A stretch of DNA of 64,000 nt, from assembly GCF_963676685.1 (NCBI RefSeq), contig NC_092353.1, positions 48,980,001 through 49,044,000 on the forward strand, written 5' to 3'. This DNA is from Mytilus edulis. Its lineage: Eukaryota. This document shows, in pieces, positions 25,401 to 39,100 of the stretch (positions are counted from its first letter, which is position 1; every line of letters starts with the position of its first letter). The notes under the pieces are model-generated. The model saw nothing but the letters and a program-made list of their open reading frames with translations, was not told the origin of the DNA and made no database searches. A program made the position numbers and the translations under genes.

Positions 25401-26822
25401 ATTTTTAAGGAGTGTAATTTAATCGGCTTTGAACAAAAAAATAATATCAAATGTGTTTTTAAATGAATATTCATGGTCCGTTATTATAACATTGATAAAG
25501 ATTATAATAATGCATAAATTGTGCGGTGCACATATTTATAATTCTGTTTATATAACTGCTTGAGAATTGAAATATTTGTCGAGATTGCTTATACAGAAAA
25601 TTTAGTTTGAAGACGAAAAGGTAAAACTTTTATGATCAATATGTTCTTTTCTGTTTTTTATTATCAATTACCCATTGGTTTGCGTATGTTTGTAATCATA
25701 TATTTTGTCTTTCTATTGATAGGACTGAAATCTTCAATAATGCATTAAAGATAAATACGTGACAATCTTTATACAGAGCGATACTCTGTACATACATATA
25801 TCTTAATAATGTCCTTTTATCTTCCTGAATTAATTCAAGTTTTCTAATTAATGACAAATTTCCAAATGCGTATGTTATATTCTAACATATGATTCATAAT
25901 CTCGGTTAATTAAAAGTCTTTACTTATTTTTTTTTCATTTTACAATAAGGAAATTAAACACGGAAATGTTTTCGGAAATGATATTCACTTTTTAATTTAA
26001 TTCATATTTTAACAATGTTAGGTGGCTTTCAGAACATTAATAATGTTAAATTTATACTGTTATAAGTCTGAAAGGGTGTTTGCAATTTTGATTACGAGCA
26101 CATTTTACATAAACTGAAGGTTAGTAAAAATTTCAGAATAAAAACAAGAAATATTTTCCTTCATTGGAGAATAATGAATTAATATATATTTAGTGAGAAA
26201 AAAAAAACTACAACTGACGATATTATTAAAACATATTTTTTTGTTGAAAACTGTAAGCTTGTATTTGTATGAACTATAGTTTTAGCAAATTAACTGGATA
26301 ACACTGATTTCATAATTGTATAACAATAGATTACCTTAAAAAATAGGATAAATTTAATATTTCGTATGACGAATAGAAACATTGGTTGATGAATTGATTT
26401 TTGTTTTTCACAGTGAAAGCACAAAAGGAGTGCATCGAGATTTCAGTTATTAAACCTCATCTATTTTAATTTACATTTTTTGAGTGTTCGTGAAATCTAT
26501 TCCTTGTTGTTCACCAGTTGTGCCATGGTAGACTTAAGACTTATAACTTATTCAACAATGTTCTGGATGATGAGATTCAAACACCGCTTTAGTCATGTTC
26601 AATATCGTCTGAACAGTTACATGCTAATTAAAATATTCATAAGAGATTTATAAATAAGCATTGATGATTAAACTTTTCCATTTTCATTTCCGTGTTCCAG
26701 AATGTTTTGTTTTGTTTTTACTTCTTTTAGAGTTAGGTCATAACCTGTTTCCAAAACTATTGTTATTGTGCAATCAACCTTATTTTCATTTTTTAGTAAC
26801 ACGAATAACGGCCATTGCAAGA

Positions 26823-27171
26823 ATGTCAAGAGCGCAACAGAACACGTATGTTAATAATATCTTCGATGCAGGAAAAACAGAACCGGAAAATATTTTAGAA
26901 TACGAAGAATTTCTTGCTCCTGTTGACAAATCCATTTATGATGAACTATCTTCAAAGCAAGAGAAAGGCGCCCCAAGTAATGATTCCGTCATTATGAACT
27001 CAATGCATAGTGAGCTGTCTAAACAATCGGACAATTCAATTCTTCAAAAGAAATTAGCTCTAATCAGGCCAATGTTTCTTATACTACTTTGTATTCCGAT
27101 GACAGCGTTAGTTACAGCCATTGCCACTTTCTTTGCAACAAAAAATAATCTCTCTGATAAGAGTGGCATGC
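26823..27171 (+). CDS. Gene 2 first coding exon: cytoplasmic tail plus TM
   Basis: [14 protein letters not shown]...LEYEEF...SIYDEL...QKKLALIR followed by hydrophobic [24 protein letters not shown]. Acceptor ttttAG at 26795-96. Homologous to 1849-2188. Confidence 0.8.
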
Positions 27172-30100
27172 GTAAGTATATAACATTATTTGTTTTATCC
27201 GGGTAGAAAACCTTGTGCTTCCAAAAGATCAACATTTTATAAAAAAAAAATTAACTTATCAATCATAGTTTGTGTCAACACAGGCATGCTGACTATTCTG
27301 CTGATCATAAAACAAACAAAAGTTGGAATGAAAACGATTACAATCAAGGAAATTCAAAACGTTTTTGAAACTGAGTGTTAAAACGGTTACTGCTATACAT
27401 GCATCATCGAATTCGAACATAACCAAAACTTTAAGGATTAAACATCAGGTTCGCAAAATCACCATGAAAATACAAGCAACATTTAAAATTGTTGAACAGT
27501 AATTGATACATAATTCTTGTATTTGACTATTTTAAAAGATTGTTAAACATAGCTAGGAATTTCAAGTTCAAAATTACTGTGGCAAAGTTAACACTAGATG
27601 AATTCAGATATTCTATTTACATGTAGGTATTTTGTAATTTACCGTTTAAACGCTTCTCCAAATTTACGCAACCCTTGTTTTCCAAAGTTAAATTTCAGCG
27701 TGTCTACGGAATGTACATCTTTAGCAATGAAAATATGATATACATCATCAAACGAAAACCATGGAATTGCAGGCTCCGCACTAAGGACAGGCACATATAA
27801 AATATGGCGGGTTTACACTAGTTTAAAAGCGCCAAGCAAAACGATTCATTTCATTTCATAGCACTAGTCGATAAAGTAACTGTAAGTAAGTGAGTTAGTA
27901 AATCTTTTATTTAAAAACGACCATTAACATACCTTCAAACATAATCTTTGATGAGGTATTCAAGAAAATAAAACATAGGTGAGAATAAATACATCAAGGC
28001 AAGTGCAGGTCGCGAAATGTATCATCATTTTTTCAAAAGTTAAGGTTTATGTACTGACATTATTTGTAAAATATCCTAATAACTATTTAACGTTGCAAAG
28101 ACTTTACGTATTCCTAAACTTTAGATATTTAGCTTTGTGGGTTTAAGGCATACCAAGACGGCAATTGGTTATCGATGTATATAATCCAAAAATCAATAAG
28201 TAAGATACACAAGACAGTGACAAACAGAAACTAAAGGAGTCACATGAACCCCAAAAAGGAACAAGATAGGTGCGTTGATAGGACAAGCGCGTCCGACGTA
28301 TCAAAATTATAAATTCAGTTTTTATTTCACATACAGTAATATTAAATTGTGCATTTAAATTTTTACAGAATGCAGTAGCGCATGTATCAACGATACAGAA
28401 GGCAGACTCCAACAAGAACTAGATAAGGCAATGATTTGTAGATACAATGAAACAACAGACAGTCCGGCTTGTTCTTCGGCATTCTGCCCTGGTATGTTTG
28501 TATGACTGATATAAAAGATAAGCGTATGCAGAGTTCCTTTACCATCCTATGATAATTGTTGAAATATTTCGTCCGTTTTGTACGTAGCATATCCTTCAAC
28601 ATAGATGGATATCGAAGATACAGCGGATATACTATATCATGTAGATCTAGGTGCTATGATATGTAGCGGAGTATTAATGATCGTTGGTAGTAAAAATAAT
28701 TTAATCGCACCATTTCAAACTGTCGCGATCATTTTGTTTATACATAGTGTATTTACTCCATCTCACGTTGTATAGATCTTTCTCATTTACAATTTAGTGT
28801 TTCAAAAATTTAAGTTAAGAAACATGGTGTCTTGCTTAAGATTGGGTTTTAAAATAGTGGTGACATAACCACACTTACTTCGTAAATGTATATTCGTTAA
28901 TACTCGATTGAATTGCTAAGGAACTTTTTTATTCTTTTTCTTTAATTTATAAATACACTCATCAGAATTACCAAGATTGAAATTTTGTAATTGCCTCAGA
29001 CGTGCGTTCCGTCATTAAAGACTCACCAGTGACTAAAGGTAAAAAGGCCAAATAAAGTATCAAGTCAAAGAGCATTCAGTATAAAAACTTCATTGGTTAT
29101 CATTTCCATCAGACCCCTTACAGGGTTCACAATACATTTAATGTAAAGAAATACAAATATAAATCAATTTAGATAACGAAAACGATTGTTTTTTTTTTCT
29201 TCAAACTTTGACGGAAAAGATCACATGTTGGCATTCCTTCACGATAGTTTAATAACAGCCATTGTCAGAAGAGAAATTAAACTAAACCGGAAATTTATAA
29301 TGAGACAATCATAAATTAAATGACAGCGATGAGGTAGGTCACACACATTTACTCATTATAGACCTTTCAAGACTGTTTTCCCGGTAATCTTTTGTCTTCG
29401 ATATGTACAAATAACCAAATGTGTCATTTGATATAAATGGTAATCATTTTCATATGCGACAATGGTAGAATTTTCAGATAATGCATTTTCATAATAAAAA
29501 ATTCGTTGAAAAAAAAACAGAATTGTTAACACTTCTGAGTGAATAAAATGCGAAACACATATACTGCCGTAACGTTTGTAAGGGTACTCCTTGGTGTTAG
29601 AACAGGGGCGGTTAGCAATTTTTTAAAGAGGGAATTCCTTACGCAGGAGAAAGAAGGGGTTCAAACCATATGTCGCCATTGAATGCATTGGCCGTCATAA
29701 AAAGAGGGGGTTGCAACCCCCTGAACCCTTCACTTGATCCGTCACTGTGGACGTTAAGATATAGTTTGAATAAAGAACACCCTTGCTTAATTTTGCAAAG
29801 AAAATTATTCTAAAAAAAAGTTTCCTCCAACTTTCTTTTTATTTTTGCCATTATAGCCGACATATGCATTTATTTCTGACTATTTCTCTGTTTCTTTTTA
29901 ACGAAGCAACTGAAAACATCTTACTTTTATCTTGGATTTAAACACTAGGTGACGCCGCTTTCTTTTTTTAAATTAGACTAAGATCACTATATTTTTTATT
30001 CAATATCAGCTGTGGAAACGTATTTTTGCATTTGGCCATAAAGCAACGATGTTTATCTATGTCAGAAGGTACATCGCATTAAAGATTCATGTCACAAGTT

Positions 30101-33100
30101 TGAGAGTTTATTGCCTAGGCAGAGCATATTAAGTTTTTGTTTAGTTTCCATAAATATCAACATTACGCACGTGTTTAAATTTGAATTTTTATTTCTGTGA
30201 CACTATTGAGTAATCATGTCCTTTTGTGTTAGTCTCCGCCTATTTTGTTCAGTCTATTTGAATCTCGCAAATAACTATGAGACTCTAATAAATTTTAGGA
30301 CTAAAAAAACTCTTATCGGAAAACAAAGGGTGATTATTTACGTTTACATTTTAATTTTAAAGCAAGATTTTTTAAATGTTAAAAAAAAAGTAATGTAGCA
30401 TTCAAGAGGCAATAACTACGAGATATATACAAATTCTAAAGTATGATTTTTTGTTTGTTCAATCATTAATAAAAGTGATATAATGAAATAATAATTCGCT
30501 TTTAGAAGCCATGGTTCAATTTTGTCAAATTAAGCCAATAAACAAGGATGATGAATTATTTACTTGAAAGTGAATAATCCGACCTCATATATATGCATTG
30601 AATCCGTATTCGTGTTAACTTCAATTTTACCCTTTAGCTAAAGATGGATAACGCATTCATATCACCGTGCATGTTCGGTTATTTAAAGGAAAGGAATGTC
30701 AACATTAAATCGAAAGTGAAACAAAGGGTTTGACTGACTGATTCGATCCACAAAAATCATACGTATACAGGTAAAAACGATGATTAACACATACTTTATC
30801 TGTGGAATTGATCAGACATAGAAAAATCCAATTGCACGAGTTTTGCATTCTATTTATATCTATATTAATGTTTATATCGCTTATGTGATCATCGGCAGTG
30901 TCCAGATGTCAACTCGAAGTCGGTCTCAAGATTAAAATACACACATAACGAAGCTACACATTATCGAGTCCATGGCATGTAAATTGTGTGTTTCAGACTT
31001 TCGTAATTTGAATAAATGTATTACATGGTTAAGGATTTAATATGAGAATATGAGTCAAATCGGAGAATACGAATTTGACAGCTAGTACCTCCTTTAAACC
31101 AACTAAATTTTTGGGGGGACAACATCAGATGTTAAAAACAACAAGAGTTACCTGGTCTTTTGATCTTCACAGACTTTGCAATGAAATTACATCACTTATA
31201 TTCCCCGGATTTTGTGTTTTAGGGAGGTCCCTAACTGCAATTTTGGTATATTATACAAAAATAGGCTGTTCATAACCTATTTTTTAAACTGATTTGCAAA
31301 TCATATTTGTGTACTTTTCTTACGTTTTCAGCCATTACTCATAACTGCAAAACTACTCAAGCAAAGTGATCAAAAATAACAAGTATAATTACTTGTCATC
31401 AAGTTTTTGCGGTACAACTGCCTTAAAATAATATTACAGTGACTTGACTGATAGTGTTGCTATCCACCAATTGCAATTCATTCAAAATTTTGACCAAATT
31501 GCAATTTGTTTTATTAAACCAAATTGTTCAACTGGTCAGAAATTTGAACAAATTGTTCAGTCAAAATGTGAAAGTGCAAGGTGATAAAATAAATCATACT
31601 TACAATCCTATAAGACTTCAACTCCACTGTGTTGATGTTATTTTTAAATTAGTTTATCAATCTGTATAGTTATATATAGCTATTACCATATTTTGCAATT
31701 CAAAAGAATAGTATTTTAGGTTATTTCCCCAAGGAAACTTATCAATAGCATATTGTTATTTCACACATAGTTTACTGAATATATGATGTATTATTTTAAA
31801 TGATATATGATTCTTATAAATATAAAATCCTTTTCGCCATTACCATACTAAAGGTCAACTATTTTATTTTGAATTGCTATAAAAATGTCCCAACTAAGCT
31901 TTTATATAGTTTTTCTTTCGAAAGAAAAACTATATAAAAGCTTAGTTTGGACATTTTTATAGCAATTACAAATAAAACAGTTCACCTTTAGTATGGTAAT
32001 AGCTATATATAACTATACAGATTGATAAACTAATTTAAAAATAACATCAACACAGTGGAGTTAAAGTCTTATAGGATTGTAAGTATGATTTATTTTATCA
32101 CCTTGCACTTTCACATTTTGACTGAACAATTTGTTCAAATTTCTGACCAGTTGAACAATTTGGTTTAATAAAACAAATTGCAATTTGGTCAAAATTTTGA
32201 ATGAATTGCAATTGGTGGATAGCAACACTATCAGTCAAGTCACTGTAAATAAAATTTAGAACGGGAATGGGGAAATTGTCAAACCGACAACAACCAAACC
32301 AAAGAGCACAAAACCACAGAAGGACACCGACGGGTCTTCACAGCGAGAAAATTCCGCACCCGGAGGCGGGCCTCAGCTTTTCCCTAACAAAACATGTGTA
32401 CTAGCTATATAGGTCAGTAGAAATGGGCGTCACACTTAACTCCAAAACATATAAATAAACTAAAATTCAAAAACATATGAGACTATAAAGGCCAGACATG
32501 TTTTGTAAGATCTCAACCCTTCGCTATATATCTAGTCAATGTAGAATAAACAAAACACACCAATACGCTCAGTAAAACTCAGTTTAAAAGAAGTCCGAGT
32601 CCGATGTCAGAATAGGTACCCAAAGCAACTAAGATAATTGACAATAATACATAAATTAACAAAGGACTATCAGCAGTTACTGACATGCCATCTTTAGTCA
32701 TCAATCTATCTAATTGACAGATTATGTCTTTATCATATGAAAATTAAACATAATCCCTTCTGTAAGGGATTTAGTACTATCATTAAGTATATAAGAAGAA
32801 CATAACCCGTTGCATGCCAACAACTGGTTTTAGAATAAATGTGTTCACTTTTTGCCAAAATACCAACAATCATTTAGATATCCTATTTGTAATGACCTGG
32901 CAATGGTATATACTTTACTAGTATACAATTGAGAAAGGAAATGGGGAATGTGTCAAAGCGATCACAACCTGACCATAGAGCAAACAACAGCCGAAAGCCA
33001 CCAATGGGTCTTCAATGTAGCGAGAAACTCCCGCACCCGTAGACGTCCTTCAGCTGGCCCCTTAAAAAATATGTATACTAGTACAGTGATAATGGACGTC

Positions 33101-36100
33101 ATACTTAACTCCGAATTATACACAAGAAACTTAAATTAAAAATCATGCAAGACTGACAAAGGCCAGAGGCTCCTGACTTGAGACAGGTGCAAAATTGCGG
33201 CGGGGTTAAACATGTTTATGAGATCTCAACCCCCCCCCTATACCTCTAGCCACGTAAACGCATAACAATACGCACATTAAAATTCAGTTCAAGAAGTCAG
33301 AAGATGTAACAAAAGAAAATAAATAAAATGACAGTAATACATAAATAACATAAGACTACCAGCAGTTAACTGACATGCCAGCTCTGTATCGCTTCTGAAA
33401 AGTTATTTTACTTGTTGGTTAGCTTTTGACGTGAATGACGACTTTTTCAGCTTTTTATTGAATATTTTCAAAAAAGATTGGATGTGAAATACCTGAACGT
33501 TCATATATAATTATAAGATGTCTGCATGTTGATAGATATTTACAAATGATGTCCTTGTACTGATGATAAAATAGTAAATGTTTTAACCTGTTTCTGATAT
33601 CGAGACCCCTACTCTACAATATTTACTATTTTTCTTAATGAAAAGTCAAATTCTATAGGAATTCAGTAAGTAAGTTATATATACCCATACCGATAAAGAT
33701 AACATTACTGAAAAAAATATAAATTGCAATAGAATTTACGTACTCTTATGGAAATTTAATCGAGAAAAAACATCCCCAAATAAATTAAAGGTCCAGGGCC
33801 GTGGTAAGACTTTCTTCAAACATTAATTCTATAATTCGTAGAAACTCTTATAAATAGCAATAGTAATATTCTACCAAGTTTAGAAGACCTAACTAAAACA
33901 TAGTTATGTTTTCTTTCAAAGATTAAGTAGCTTTATAGTGTAATGTCCCTACAGAAAATGTAGTAGTCCGGTCAATCAGTTTTAACATATAGCTCTGTGA
34001 TATCCTCTATAGAAAGCTGTTTTACACGATATAGAGCTAAGATAAGACCAGATCAAAATATTAAACCTTTGATAAAACTTCATTCGAAAACGTTCGCAAT
34101 AAGTTTTGTTAATTTTGCAAGGCATTATAAAAAAAACCGAGCATTCTGGAAATATAGATATTTGACTTAAAGAAACATTTATTTTGAGGTGTGATACATG
34201 TACCACCAAAATATATTACGTCACATCCGGTTGCTACGTAAAAGGTGAAACAAATTTCCCTTGAAATTGACAGTTATAGGTAACTAATCCTACAATCATT
34301 GCAGTAAAACATTTGTTGGTCATAAACATATATCGTTTGTATTTCAAAGCACCATATATGCATTTTTATGTTTGGCGTTTCTAGAGAATATTTTGGAAAC
34401 TTGAGGTGACATGGTTACTAAAGCTTGAACAATGGTTAAAAAAGAGGGTTTAATGAAATGTTATCTGAATTGTTTTCTATAGACGGGTTTATCCAAGTCT
34501 TATCTCAAAAACATGTGCGCTGACATTAAGAGTTCACGTGGTGCGTCGGTCATAGCACTCGTGAATGATAACGCACATGCAATCAATAACCTATATAGTC
34601 TATATAATTATCGTTCATTTATAACGTTTTTGTTCCACATATTTCATGTTTATATGACCATGACAAGTAACGAAAAATATAGGAAAGGGGGTGGAAATTC
34701 TTGTGCTGTTAATGGATGTTCTAATAATCGTCGTAAATTAAATGATTGGAACGTATCATTTTGTGAATTACACGGACAAAATCACGAAGACTGTTCTTGT
34801 TTGGTTCCATTTAAACTACATGTTATGCCCGCTAATGAGACAAAACGATTTCAGTGGATTAAAGCTTTAAATAGAAAAACACTTCCAAAGCAAGTATTCG
34901 TATGCTCGAATCACTTTCTAGACGGAGCTCCGACGGAACAAAATCGTTTCCCGAAATTAAATCTTGGTATGAATGCCAGACAACCCCCGGTAGACGTAAA
35001 CTGTCGAGGCAAGAACCAGAGAGTAGAAAAAGAAAACGTTTACTGGAAGAAAGCAGTAGTACCGAGACGTGTATTAACATTAGTCCGACTGAAGGGGGAC
35101 CGTCTAGTTCTCAACTGCTTCCAGAATCTTTTTGTGATTTTAATGTGGTTAATCCACTACGGCATCAATTGGAGCACAATATGTTGATTCTGGTTATATG
35201 ATTTCACAGGATCACATGTATTCAAAACCCTGGTCGGACACACAAAATACCTTTATTCAAACGAATACGGCGTTGGCTGAAGAAAAGGGGGTTCAAGTTA
35301 AAATTGAAAGTAGCGCTATGTCCGCAGAAATAAGTATAGTAACGGACAGTGACTCTTTGTTGTATACTGATGTAAGTAAAGAAGTGTTCTTTACATTAGC
35401 AGAGGTTATGTCAGAAGTAAATACATTTAAATTTCAACTTGAAATCGCCGACCAGTTACTACTTGTGTTGATGAAACTTAAGCTAAACTTGGTGTTTGAT
35501 GACTTAGCTCGTAGATTTGGAATTTCTAAAAGTTTAGCTAGTAAAATGTTTAATGCTTGGATGCCAGTCCTTGCAGAAAAACTTAAGGATTTAGTTGCAT
35601 GGTTGCCGAGAGAAACAATTCGAGCATGTTGTCCCGAATCTTTCCGAGAAAATTACCCTCGCACCACTGTAATAATAGACTGTGCCGAAACATTTATACA
35701 ACGACCTACGAACTTGAAAACTAGGTGTGAAACTTTCAGTAATTGCAAGTCGCACAATACCGCACAATATTAATGTAGACTATCTCCACATGATCAAATC
35801 ATGTTTATTTCCAAAGCTTTTTGCGGCAGAGCTAGTGACAAGTTTATCGTTGAAAAGAGTGGATTTTCAAACTATTTATTGCCGGGAGACGAAGTAATGG
35901 CAGATCGTGGATTTACAATTAAAGATTTTCTTTTTCCTCGTCGTGTAAAATTAAATATTCCTGCATTTACAAAATGCAAACCCCAGCTTTCAAATGAAGA
36001 TGTCACAACTACTAGACGTATGCACATGTACGAATACATGTAGAGTGTGCTATTCGTACACTGAAAGTATTTAAAGTGTAAAGTGGAACTGTACCAGTTT

Positions 36101-39100
36101 CGTCTTTAAAGAATTTTGATGACATTCTTATTGTTTGTTCCGCATTGGTAAATTTGAGATCAGATTTATTACGGGATGTCAGTGTAGATACGGATTGAAT
36201 GTAATTACACTTTTAAATTGTATTTTTTGTCCTCCATTTTTTTATTACATTTTTATTCAACCTTCAGATAGTTTTATTTTGATTAATTTATTTCCATCAT
36301 AATGGTTGTTATGAACAATGTGAAAGATAGTTGTATACTAAATTATATATATTTATTGGTAATAATAAATCTGTTCATTACTTTTTATTATTAAATTCAA
36401 TTGTATCGAAATATAAGCATCTGGACTAATCAAAGTAGGAATTACCGGTCTCCTAAAGTGAACTCCTGGGATAATACATGATTATTACATAACAAGCAAT
36501 TACGTTAACATGTGAAGGTAAACATCTTGTCAAGTCAACACTGTTTGCCTTTCCAACTGTCATTATCCCTAGTAAATTACACAAATGTCTATGAAGTCTT
36601 CTTGTCCAAACATCAACATTGCATACCAATGTGTTATCTCATTAATATGAGTTAATTATCAAATTTCAGAATTGTTTTTCAGACCCAGTGTTTACTACAT
36701 GTAATTATATATAACCAAACATTTAATTCAAAATGCTATTTATCATGTTTATTAAGTGTGTGGTTTATCATGCACTTTTACTAAACATTCTAAACAATGA
36801 CCTAGATTTAGTGATAGTGTTTAACGTTCAGTGGTAGATATTACATGAATATTGCGATGAGAATATGATACATTCCTTGTACTATTAACCAGTTGAGCTA
36901 AGTAAATCAGTGGTTGTCATTGGTTCATGTCTGTCATATTTGGTTTTTGTAGATTATTTTGTGATAAATAAGGCTGTTAGTTTTCTCAACTGAATATAAT
37001 TGTTTCATAAATTTGTTCATGTTTGGGCCTTTCATTTACAATGTACATGTATTATGGGTCTTTCTCATTGTTTACAGAGAATATTTGTCTCAATTGTCAA
37101 TCATACTACATCTCCTTATTTTATTATTATTACAAGGACATTGTAAACAATGTTTAAACTCTGAGTCAACTAGTCTTTACTTCTTAACCCAGATGTACAT
37201 TGTATATTCTGTAAAAAATACACACATGTATACTGTATATGTGCTTAGCAGAGATGTCTGGCCTGTTAGGGGTTTAAATCCTTAACCTCCTTGACCATAC
37301 ATTGATTTACAAGTACAAATGCTTACAGGGTCAATCTGATTTTTAAGATAAAATGAACAAATAAAAGCTTTAGACCATAAAATTATTGTTATTGAAAAAT
37401 CTATCTCATAAAATTACAGAACAGTCCACTGAAAGTGAGACGATCACTGTCTACTTCATCAACAATTCTTGGAATCATTTTTCTCACATAAAAGTCTTTT
37501 AATCTTTGGACTTGTTTACGAACATATTCCTGGTCATAATCAACATTTATTAAAATAAAGTCATTCTGACACCTCCACAGGTACAGTTTGCCTTTTCGAA
37601 GGCCAGTACAGTAAATAGTCAATTGAATCTACATGTAATAACCCCTACTTCCTTTGACTTTAATTTGATAATGTCCATCAGGAATTTAATTACATCATAT
37701 TTCCCACCATTTATCAGTTCTTCAAGTATATTCCATTTTGTTGGAACTGGACATTTAACCTCAAATAATGTGTCACCATTTAAAATTCCATCTGGACTAC
37801 TAGAAAGCAACTGTTCTTCAGTTGAGACATACATGCCGGTATCTATAATAGTATTTTCCAGTGACCTTAGGTGCTCTTTAGCCACAGGTTCTTGCTGCGT
37901 ACCATGTCTCGTATATTTGTTCCCTGTAAATTTGGGATGCAAATGTTCCCTAATAAATGATGTTGCATCAGTCGTGACTTTACTTGGCACTTTAGTTGCA
38001 CTGCTTGCAGTTATGCACAATTTCCTTGCATCTTTCCATAAAACACTGCTACTTTGACCTTTTGTTCCATGTTCCAAGTTTTTCCTTTTTGTGTCATGAA
38101 GTTCAATATATTTATTGAAAAAAGTATAACATTTCCTACATGAACTAATAGAAGTATGTTCACCGTGCTCCTCTTAGATTATCACGTTAGACATAGGTGT
38201 ACAATTAAAACTTTTGTAAAAAGTTGTTCCTTTTATTTCGAACAGTTTAGATATAGGTTAATTCTTTATAGCTGCCTTAAATTCTGCATCTGAGGAAAAT
38301 AGAGGAGTGTCACGAACACTTGGCACATAATCTTCATTATTGTCCATGACAGATTCGCCAACCTTGTGCTTCTTAAATGTTATATTGGAGAGTGCCTTTG
38401 GTTCAACATTCCTTGTGGTCCCTTTATTCATTTGAGCACTTTCATCAGTGCAGGCAATCCAAGTAAGACTATTTCTCACAGCATGTTCCCACTTCCAAAG
38501 AAGAGCCCCAACATGACTAAACGCATGACATCGGCAGCCATACTCGAACACCATCCATTTTTCACTGTGCCATCTTGTATAGAATGTACATATACACTGT
38601 TCATTCTCGATACTGTTTGAGAAGAACGAATTTGTGCCCTCATTAAAAACGTATTGTCAGTATAAACATGGTGTGTACACAATATAATAGCTCCGACATT
38701 TCCACTTTGAATGTAATTATAACTTTGCAGGCTTTTGAAATTTTTCATTTCTTGACCATCGACAGCTTTTGACGAAATTAAAAAGTTGTAAACATCATCC
38801 TACATAAAATTTGGCCATACCCTCATATCGTCGGCCCATGTTGTTATTTTATCCAAGCCTGGTTGATTCAGATTATTTATTTTAGTTGTATCAACAATAA
38901 AATCATGTGTGTTCAGATAGCGTGCTTTCTATAATGTTTACAATTTTTCACGACCTTAATGGCGACCGGATATCGATCACCTCGTGCGGAAAAGTGCAAT
39001 ACTAAGGGAGTCCATTAGAAAGACCCGTCTATAGTACTTGAACGGAAAAACGTAACTCATGCCAAATATTTCTTTATTTGAAACAAAGATGATTTCTGCA

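Larger units (their letters stand above)
34481..39030. mobile_element. ISL2EU-type (PIF/Harbinger/PHIS superfamily) DNA transposon
   Basis: TIRs AGACGGGTttatccaa / ttagaaagACCCGTCT. AT TSD in a CT-AT-AG context at both ends. Convergent THAP-DDE transposase and SWIM-YqaJ ORFs. Confidence 0.88.

Noticed and set aside
26661-26822. N-terminal extension of ORF 26661-27206 as a signal peptide
   Set aside because: It starts at TTG and spans a polypyrimidine tract and acceptor (26796). Homology with gene 1 begins at ATG 26823.
34513-34653. N-terminal part of the 224 aa ORF
   Set aside because: It lies in the transposon subterminal region. THAP domains are normally N-terminal, so the start at 34654 or 34660 is more likely.
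37623-38057. 144 aa + strand ORF
   Set aside because: Antisense shadow of the YqaJ coding sequence.
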